From positions 1 to 59,799 of IMG/VR virus record IMGVR_UViG_3300025694_000005: a stretch of DNA of 59,799 nucleotides. One strand, written 5' to 3'. Each line of letters opens with the position of its first letter. Position 1 is the stretch's first letter. The DNA comes from a virus. Its lineage: Duplodnaviria > Caudoviricetes. Positions 52,940 to 59,799 of the stretch are shown here, piece after piece. The position numbers and the translations under genes were made by a program. Under the pieces are notes generated by a model. The model was not told the origin of the DNA. It made no database searches and was given only the letters and a program-made list of their open reading frames with translations.

Positions 52940-54010
52940 TTAGTAGGTTCCGCCGTCTATGGAGTTTGTCCATGTTGGAGTTCCTGAGCTATTTACACTC
53001 AGAATTTGTCCTACAAGATTTGTTCCGTCCCAAGTACCTGCTGGAGTAACCTGCAGAGCATTAGCAGCATTTCCATATACAATACCATTAGAAGTAAAAG
53101 TAGAAACTCCAGTACCACCATATTGAACAGCTAAATCAGTTGATAACTCTAAAGAGCCAAAAATAGCTTTACCTGTGGCACCTGACATAAGATTGCCAGT
53201 GTTGGTAGAGTTAGGAATAAAAGTAAAAGCTTCCTCACTATCATCAAATCCGAAAAAGCCTGTTTTAGCTGTACCGTCATGCCACTTAAACTCAATACCT
53301 CTATCTAAGTTATCTTCGGAGGCTTGGTCTCCGTCTCCGCCTACAGTAAAAATAGGATCGTCAATTGTTACAGTAGTAGAGTTAACGGTAGTAGTAGTTC
53401 CATTAACCGTGAGGTTGCCTGTAATAGTAACATTTTCCGCCAAACCTACACGAATAGTATTGTCTGCCGAGACTTCTGTAACTACTTCATTCGTAGTACC
53501 TACAACACTAAGACTTTCTGATAGAAGAGCAATAGCAGCGTCAAAGGTTCCAGCATTACTATCGGCTAAAAAGTTAAGAGTAGTGGCAATAGTTGTTTCG
53601 CTGGCAGCACTAATCCTTCCTTTCGCATCTACAGTAAAACTCGGGATAGCGGTGCTGGACCCATAAGTTGCTGCCGATACTCCGGTATCTGTAAGAGAAA
53701 ATTCTAAATTAATATCACTTTGTGTGAGTAGTATAGAAGATGCTAATCCATCTGCTCCTGCAGCATAAGTAGACACACCTCCAGCACCAGTAATCTCTAC
53801 AGAAGCTGCTTCGATTAAGTTAGTATAATATTCACCACCTACTATTTTAGGGTTATTTGTTGGAGAGTTAGGATCACCGATAAATAGCTTTTTGCCGTAG
53901 CCTCCTGTGTTAGACCCAGCAGTATCATAGGCATAAACTAGCTCGCCTTGTCCAACACTCGCAGGTTTTGTACTACCTGTAGTACGTTTAATTTGTATAG
54001 TATTTGCCAT
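52940..54010 (-). CDS. tail fibre/baseplate-associated protein
   Basis: IQIKR...GELVY, GNLTVNGTTTTVNST and IDGGTY end. Confidence 0.8.
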   Translation of the reverse strand: MANTIQIKRTTGSTKPASVGQGELVYAYDTAGSNTGGYGKKLFIGDPNSPTNNPKIVGGEYYTNLIEAASVEITGAGGVSTYAAGADGLASSILLTQSDINLEFSLTDTGVSAATYGSSTAIPSFTVDAKGRISAASETTIATTLNFLADSNAGTFDAAIALLSESLSVVGTTNEVVTEVSADNTIRVGLAENVTITGNLTVNGTTTTVNSTTVTIDDPIFTVGGDGDQASEDNLDRGIEFKWHDGTAKTGFFGFDDSEEAFTFIPNSTNTGNLMSGATGKAIFGSLELSTDLAVQYGGTGVSTFTSNGIVYGNAANALQVTPAGTWDGTNLVGQILSVNSSGTPTWTNSIDGGTY

Positions 54011-54022
54011 TTTTACTTACTC

Positions 54023-54364
54023 CTAGTAAGAGCCTGCGTCTAAGTTATCTGAAGTTTCTGATTCGTTACTCACAATTATGGGCACCCAATCGAATACTCC
54101 GACGCTAGTTTCTCGATAAACTTTAAGCTGATCGTCATTTGTATCATACCAAAGATCACCTTCTTGAACATTAGGTCCAGTAGGCTCTTCGTCCGTTCGA
54201 TAGCTTTGGTCTGCTAATTGTTCCAAAGCTGTCTGTAAATCTGTTGCTGTTAATGGACCATATGGAGTTACTTGCACAACACCACCGACTAAACCACTTG
54301 AGTTTGCTATTTCCAAACTATCCATAAGAATTTTATTATTTTGATTGTCTAAAGTAATAGCCAT
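54023..54364 (-). CDS. tail-associated protein
   Basis: ATDLQTALEQLAD, EGDLWYDT and LDAGSY. Confidence 0.7.
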   Translation of the reverse strand: MAITLDNQNNKILMDSLEIANSSGLVGGVVQVTPYGPLTATDLQTALEQLADQSYRTDEEPTGPNVQEGDLWYDTNDDQLKVYRETSVGVFDWVPIIVSNESETSDNLDAGSY

Positions 54365-55134
54365 TAGAAGTTCACCTCTGTATATTGTACTTCGGCAGCC
54401 CACTTCGTTGGATTAGTAGTTGCTGCGGTTACTTCTAACTTTAAAGAATCATTCACATCGTCTGCAGTAATACTAACATCAAAGGCTGCGTTATCTTTGC
54501 CCAGTATAGTTTTTCCTACACTCCCGATAATTTGTGTAGTTGTTAAATCTTTCTTTAACGCTCCATATAATTGAAAGGCACAAGCTTCGCCCGTGGTATT
54601 ATCTCTTCCTATAATTAAGGCATCGAAGGATAGTACTCCTTCGTCAACTATAAAATATCTAGAATTAAGTATTCCACCTTCGAATATTTCAGTAGGAGAT
54701 GTGGAAGTAGTTTCTCCTGAGTATAAGATCTTGCCTGCGGCGGAAACAACTATAGCAGAACTTCCAGCATAATTCGCAGTTCTAGTAACATCGGCCTTTA
54801 CTCTTAATTTACCTATTAATAGAGTACTAATAACTCCAGTACTCGATACTTCCTGTAAATCGTAATTATAAGTGGCTGGAACTAAAGAGTCAGTCATACC
54901 AGAAGGAATCGACATTACTACCTTACCAAGAGGGGCATTAACTCCTGAAACCGCTATAGGGCCATACTGTAGTTCTGCACCGGGGTCTGTTAAGTCCACA
55001 GAGGACTTGAGCGTAAACCAGTACTGGTTTCCGGTAATATCTATAATCGCCCCAGTTGAATCTTGCATAAGAAACTCAAGATTCCAAGTATCACCACGAG
55101 CTTGAGCAGTTAAATCTTGTTGAATATATGACAT
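54364..55134 (-). CDS. BppU-like baseplate/tail protein
   Basis: RGDT...IDITG...YNYDLQ N-terminal domain. Confidence 0.7.
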   Translation of the reverse strand: MSYIQQDLTAQARGDTWNLEFLMQDSTGAIIDITGNQYWFTLKSSVDLTDPGAELQYGPIAVSGVNAPLGKVVMSIPSGMTDSLVPATYNYDLQEVSSTGVISTLLIGKLRVKADVTRTANYAGSSAIVVSAAGKILYSGETTSTSPTEIFEGGILNSRYFIVDEGVLSFDALIIGRDNTTGEACAFQLYGALKKDLTTTQIIGSVGKTILGKDNAAFDVSITADDVNDSLKLEVTAATTNPTKWAAEVQYTEVNF

Positions 55135-55328
55135 TAAAATGCTCCTTCTACGTCTAGCGACGAAACTTCTACTGATACTACTTCTATGGTTGCTACGGGC
55201 ACTGTTTCTATAATATCTACATTTAGCTGTCCTTCATCAAGAGTTAGTGTCTCATTAATATAATTATTAATTCCGAAAGTTCCTCTAAACCCTCTTGTTG
55301 CTATAGATAACCTTCTCTGTGCTGTCAT
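55134..55328 (-). CDS. small hypothetical protein
   Basis: TAATG coupling on both sides. Confidence 0.6.
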   Translation of the reverse strand: MTAQRRLSIATRGFRGTFGINNYINETLTLDEGQLNVDIIETVPVATIEVVSVEVSSLDVEGAF

Positions 55329-56995
55329 TATGGATTCACAAAAGGCGTAGCACCTTCATCATAGTTTCGGTCTGCAATCTGAAAGAGTGATATAGAAGTA
55401 TCCAGACTTGAAGATAAAGTTATATCAGTTTTAAAATAATTATATTCTACATTTACGGCAATTATTCTTACTCCCCCTGCCTGCGTAGTAGTATTATAAT
55501 TAAAAACTGCTTGATATTTTGTATTTCCTCCTGCATCTGTATAACTTGTAACAGTATCAAAAGTACTTGATGTGGGAGGAGACCCAGATAACTCTACGCC
55601 TGCTAATTCTGTGTATGTTGTTGGATCATTTATATCTGTATATGAGTATACCCGAACTTCAGAATCTACTACTATATTATCAATAGTAAGTGTTTTAGAA
55701 CTAACAATAGTCGTGGAAGCTCCTGTCCCATTACGAATAGTATAATTGGCTGAATTTCCTCCAGAAACAGTAAGCGTAAGAGACCCTCCAGTATTATTAT
55801 AAATTGCAGCAGAATTACTTGCATTTGCTCCATAACCTGAAAATTCTATATTAGTTAAGGTTGCGGCAGAACCAGAAGTAAATTCAATTGCATGACCGCT
55901 ACCCTCTTGTTTAAAAGTAACATCATGAATTCCGCTAGTAATTCCGAAAGTAGCGTCATCTATCACTGCTACCTGAGTGGCTGTTCGGGTTCTAATCTCA
56001 CAGTTTTTAATTTCACTTCCGCCTTGAGTAATATTTGCTGTATCTAAAACTCCCCCATCGAATGTGCAGGTTGACGTAAAATCTACTGTTCTCATACCTA
56101 GTAACGTGCAGTTGGTTATAGTAGCGGAGCCACTGGTTCCTGTAAAAATTAAGTCGGGTCTTGTAACTGCTCCGGTAGGATTACCTGCCCCTACTGTAGA
56201 ACCTGTTAGAGAATAAGTAGTAGAGGCGTTACCTAAATTAATCGTTTGTCCCATAAAATCAGTTGTAACCAAAGGTTGATTTGGGAAAATTACAGTGATA
56301 TTTGAATCACTATACGTAGTGGCTACTGGAGTTGCTGCCGCGGCATCTGAAGCGCCAATTATCAACCTAGCTTGACAGAAATAAATACCAGACTTTTCTT
56401 GAAGAACTCCTTTCAGCCCCGTTGAAGTATTTTGTTCGGCAGTAAGAACTTGACCAATGTTAGAAGTACCTGTCAGAGAATATCCAGCAGTACCGTAAAA
56501 AGATGCATCTGCTTGTACGTTCTTCAAGTTACCTGCAGTATTTCCCATAACAGCATAAATACCCACACCATTTACTGCTGTTAAGGTTGGGGTATTTGTT
56601 ACTGCACCATCAGCTGTTCTCGTTACATCAACCCATACAGGTATAAAACCCCCTTGAGTTAAAGGAAATTGAGCGGAAGGTACATCATGATATGCGTCTT
56701 GATTATTGCCGCTTGTAATAACAACTTGATAATTAGTAACAAGAGACCAAGTAATGGATCCCATCCATAAAACTAAGTGAGTACCTGTAGCACTTAAATT
56801 TGCCGACCCGCCAGCTCCTGTACTTACTGTCCATCCTAGAGAATTATTATCGATACGTCGCGATACAGCTTGGTCTCCTTGAAGAAATAGATCCTCATCA
56901 GTACCTGCACCCTGACCACCACCAATATTGGAAATGGAAACTGTATCAGTAGTGTCAACAGTATTATAAGTAGCTAAAAGATTTGTAGCGGTCAT
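55328..56995 (-). CDS. virion structural protein, possible beta-helix
   Basis: 555 aa, T/G/S-rich, within the tail block. Confidence 0.65.
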   Translation of the reverse strand: MTATNLLATYNTVDTTDTVSISNIGGGQGAGTDEDLFLQGDQAVSRRIDNNSLGWTVSTGAGGSANLSATGTHLVLWMGSITWSLVTNYQVVITSGNNQDAYHDVPSAQFPLTQGGFIPVWVDVTRTADGAVTNTPTLTAVNGVGIYAVMGNTAGNLKNVQADASFYGTAGYSLTGTSNIGQVLTAEQNTSTGLKGVLQEKSGIYFCQARLIIGASDAAAATPVATTYSDSNITVIFPNQPLVTTDFMGQTINLGNASTTYSLTGSTVGAGNPTGAVTRPDLIFTGTSGSATITNCTLLGMRTVDFTSTCTFDGGVLDTANITQGGSEIKNCEIRTRTATQVAVIDDATFGITSGIHDVTFKQEGSGHAIEFTSGSAATLTNIEFSGYGANASNSAAIYNNTGGSLTLTVSGGNSANYTIRNGTGASTTIVSSKTLTIDNIVVDSEVRVYSYTDINDPTTYTELAGVELSGSPPTSSTFDTVTSYTDAGGNTKYQAVFNYNTTTQAGGVRIIAVNVEYNYFKTDITLSSSLDTSISLFQIADRNYDEGATPFVNP

Positions 56996-56996
56996 T

Positions 56997-57608
56997 TTAC
57001 TCTCTAGTTATCGAAGTGCTTCCTGCACCAACTTCGCTCTGGGTAATAGTTAATGTAATACCCCCTGCGGTAATGGAAGTATCCGTAATAACTTGGTCTC
57101 CTGACAACCCTAAAATTTTCCAAATCTCTTCTAGTCTAGTTGTGGTGGTTGTGCCCCCAACAATAGCGGTTTCCGTAATGTTCGATCGTGTAAGTGTAAC
57201 AGAAACACTAGGTATTGGATTTACTGGGTTTTGTCCAGGTTCACGAGTGTATAAATTTCCTACAATATCTAAAATATAACCAGAGCTACCATTAGGCCCT
57301 GGCACCCATGGCTGTAATCTCCACCCATTTTCTAAAAAATAAGTGTCTCCAATAAAAGTTTCAGAAGTAATAGGGTCACCTCCTATAACAGAAATTGCTA
57401 TAGGCCACGAAGAATTGTCTCTAGTTCGCGCCCATTCTTTCCAGTTAGAGTATATATCTCGTTTAACATTTATAGATATTTCTTGTGGGTTAACAAGAAT
57501 TAACCTATTTGGGGCGTCAAAAGTAACTTTTTGAGGTCCATAGTAACCTAAAGCCTGGTTTCTATCCCAAAAATCATAGTGACCATAGTTGAAATGAATA
57601 GATGGCAT
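56997..57608 (-). CDS. virion structural protein
   Basis: IYSNWKEW...IGGDP...YFLENGWR. Confidence 0.65.
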   Translation of the reverse strand: MPSIHFNYGHYDFWDRNQALGYYGPQKVTFDAPNRLILVNPQEISINVKRDIYSNWKEWARTRDNSSWPIAISVIGGDPITSETFIGDTYFLENGWRLQPWVPGPNGSSGYILDIVGNLYTREPGQNPVNPIPSVSVTLTRSNITETAIVGGTTTTTRLEEIWKILGLSGDQVITDTSITAGGITLTITQSEVGAGSTSITRE

Positions 57609-59799
57609 TACTGTTGTTTAATCTCTTTCCACTCGACAACAAACATCGCTCGTGGATCTTGATACGCAGGTATCTGTTCGTGTGCGTAGAAACTTACGAT
57701 GTAATCAGGTCCAATATATCCATAGAGTTCTGCATCAGTGCCTGTGTAAGTACCTGTACTCGTTACAGGAGTAGTCCAAGTGGAATCTGCATACAACACA
57801 CCAGTATTTCTACCTGTAATAAACAAGTAAACGTCATTTGTAGAAAGTGTCATACCCTCAAAACCATCAGACTTAGTAGTGCCGTCATTGTTTCTTGCTT
57901 TGTATAGACCACCGCCGGGATTTGGATTAAACGTTTTTGTGTATCGTTCTGGCAATGTGTGACGATCCGCCGTCAAAGTAATCGCCACGGGATTGGTCAC
58001 AGTGATTGCTTCTCCGCCCGAGAAACTTCCTGAAGTAGAAAAGGGTCTGATTTCTACAGTAGTTGCATCTGTAATTGCATGGACATGATTTCCCGCAGGA
58101 ATGTTTGTGCCTGTAATAGAAGCACCTAATAGAAACCCAGCGGTAGATGCCACTTTAACTGTCTGACTATTACCAGCGTCTGCTAATGCAGTTGTGTTTA
58201 TTACTGTTGAAGGTGTAATAGTTGTTAACGGTTCTCCAATGGTTCCACCGTCATCTGATGCTTGTTTCCACGTACCATTCTGCAATCCGGTAACAGTATC
58301 CGTAAGTAATTTTTCACTTCTACCAATAGACATATCTTCAAAAAGTCGTGTCGCATCAGAGCCAACTGATGATTCGTAGTTAATTCCAGCAGTCGAAATT
58401 CGCATATTAGTGCCTGGAATATCTGACCAAACATGATTATGGTGAACCGTATTAAGAGATGCTCTCCAGTGAACGATTGCTTCTCTGTTTAGACCTCTAT
58501 CGGCATTGGTACCTGCGCCATCGATGTTAGCATCATAAGAGATGTTCGTAATCTTGGTAGGAACAATAATAGAATGGTTGGTGGATATTCCGTTATCTGC
58601 GAGAGGTTGAATGCCTATAGAGAACAAGTATTGAAAATCAGATCCATCTACTGCTTGGTGCCCTGTCGAGTAAGTTTTTGGACTTCCTAATTGTTGTATA
58701 TTAATATCCGTTTCTGTCCAAACTGCTTGACTGAACTCACGAACGAATACTTCGGTATCATTGATTGCTGTTGGTATAGGTGTCAATGCACTCCAATATG
58801 GGTTTGCGTCTAACTCCGCTTGCTGATATCCGTAAACTGCGGTACAACAAGGTAAAGAAATCGTCTGGTTCATAGGAAGAACATTACGGTTATCGTGATA
58901 GTATTCGTGCATAACTACACGTTCACCATTGTGGAAAGTTCCAAAACGAACCCTTCCAGCACCATGCCATTGATGATCAATCCAATATTGATTGTTCTTT
59001 GCAAGATCTAATAACATGCCGCTTGGATTCAATGCGCCTTTACCACCATTAACTAAATCTTTGTTGAACGTTTCAATGCCCAGAGCAGTTGCAGTTGTGG
59101 CATCAGAACATGCGACGAACGTATCTACCTTTGATCCACTATTAGAGTTTCTTCGTTCTAGATAGAGTACTCCATCAGGACCAACATGAAACATAAATCC
59201 GTTCTTCGAATCAAAAACACCAAAGCGTCTACTTGCTCCATTACCAACGGGAGCATTAACTGTTCCAGCACCGCTGAATAAACAAGTACCCATGAATAGG
59301 TGAGAAGATCCTGCCACATATGGGTGATATGTTGTTGCTGTTGCCGTAGCGATATCAGAGGGATTTTTAACTTTTACGTCTACATAACGCCCAGTTTCAT
59401 TAAAGGTTACAGAGGATGTCTCACTACCGTAAACTCCACTAGCACCTGCTTGATCCGCTACTCTAGAAAAATTATTATCAAGAACTTCCTGAGCAGAAAA
59501 TACATAGTCACCTAAGAGGGTTGCACCAGATGTTCGCAACTTACCCCATGCGTCTAACTGTGGTTGCCCTTCTGCGAATCGTACATTAGCAGATCCCAGA
59601 ACGTCAATATCAAGACCATATTCTGGGTTATCAAAACCCATAATGTTTTGAGTAGGAATGTAAACATCATATGCGGTAACAACTTGCCCAACAGTAACAC
59701 CATCTATTGAAATAAGAGCATCGGCAGCAGGCACAGTATTTTCAAACTTAGCAGTTTTGTTGTAGTGAACTGCCAGAATACCTGTTCCGTTTTTTCTAT
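57608..59799 (-). CDS. large virion structural protein (5' end beyond the window)
   Basis: Frame stays open to the window edge; QWHGAGRVRFG motif. Confidence 0.7.
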   Translation of the reverse strand, partial: RKNGTGILAVHYNKTAKFENTVPAADALISIDGVTVGQVVTAYDVYIPTQNIMGFDNPEYGLDIDVLGSANVRFAEGQPQLDAWGKLRTSGATLLGDYVFSAQEVLDNNFSRVADQAGASGVYGSETSSVTFNETGRYVDVKVKNPSDIATATATTYHPYVAGSSHLFMGTCLFSGAGTVNAPVGNGASRRFGVFDSKNGFMFHVGPDGVLYLERRNSNSGSKVDTFVACSDATTATALGIETFNKDLVNGGKGALNPSGMLLDLAKNNQYWIDHQWHGAGRVRFGTFHNGERVVMHEYYHDNRNVLPMNQTISLPCCTAVYGYQQAELDANPYWSALTPIPTAINDTEVFVREFSQAVWTETDINIQQLGSPKTYSTGHQAVDGSDFQYLFSIGIQPLADNGISTNHSIIVPTKITNISYDANIDGAGTNADRGLNREAIVHWRASLNTVHHNHVWSDIPGTNMRISTAGINYESSVGSDATRLFEDMSIGRSEKLLTDTVTGLQNGTWKQASDDGGTIGEPLTTITPSTVINTTALADAGNSQTVKVASTAGFLLGASITGTNIPAGNHVHAITDATTVEIRPFSTSGSFSGGEAITVTNPVAITLTADRHTLPERYTKTFNPNPGGGLYKARNNDGTTKSDGFEGMTLSTNDVYLFITGRNTGVLYADSTWTTPVTSTGTYTGTDAELYGYIGPDYIVSFYAHEQIPAYQDPRAMFVVEWKEIKQQ

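Noticed and set aside
1-59799. Prophage, integrase or stop-codon recoding
   Set aside because: No integrase, repressor or host housekeeping flank is present, and core genes read intact in the standard code with all three stop codons in use.

Overview
This window is a ~60 kb slice of a lytic T5-like (Demerecviridae-type) siphophage genome, probably from a marine gammaproteobacterial host. The host is inferred from the IscU, Hsp20 and PhoH content and the consensus sigma70 promoters. Layout: (1) 1-15.9 kb, mostly leftward accessory/early region. It holds two promoter-driven, highly structured non-coding stretches (~848-1127 and ~9561-10066), a MutH/Sau3AI-like nuclease plus amino-MTase cassette, and an operon of five signal-peptide proteins (pilin/chaperone-like) with a LapG-like C93 protease. 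It also holds three very basic small proteins, Bfd-like and IscU Fe-S genes, the lysis genes and thyX. (2) 16-20 kb, hsp20 and an AT-rich glycan-modification island. (3) 20-42.7 kb, the T5-syntenic replication block: D2, D3, split NAD ligase, D5, helicase, primase, PolA, PhoH, D10-D15 and nrdAB, with inserted lysyl-hydroxylase-like and YkgJ genes. (4) 42.7-59.8 kb, leftward tail-fibre, lectin and collagen genes. All family calls come from motif recognition by eye, with no database searches. The most novel-looking items are the two large ncRNA candidates, the secreted fimbrial-like module, and a possible collagen lysine hydroxylation/glycosylation system.
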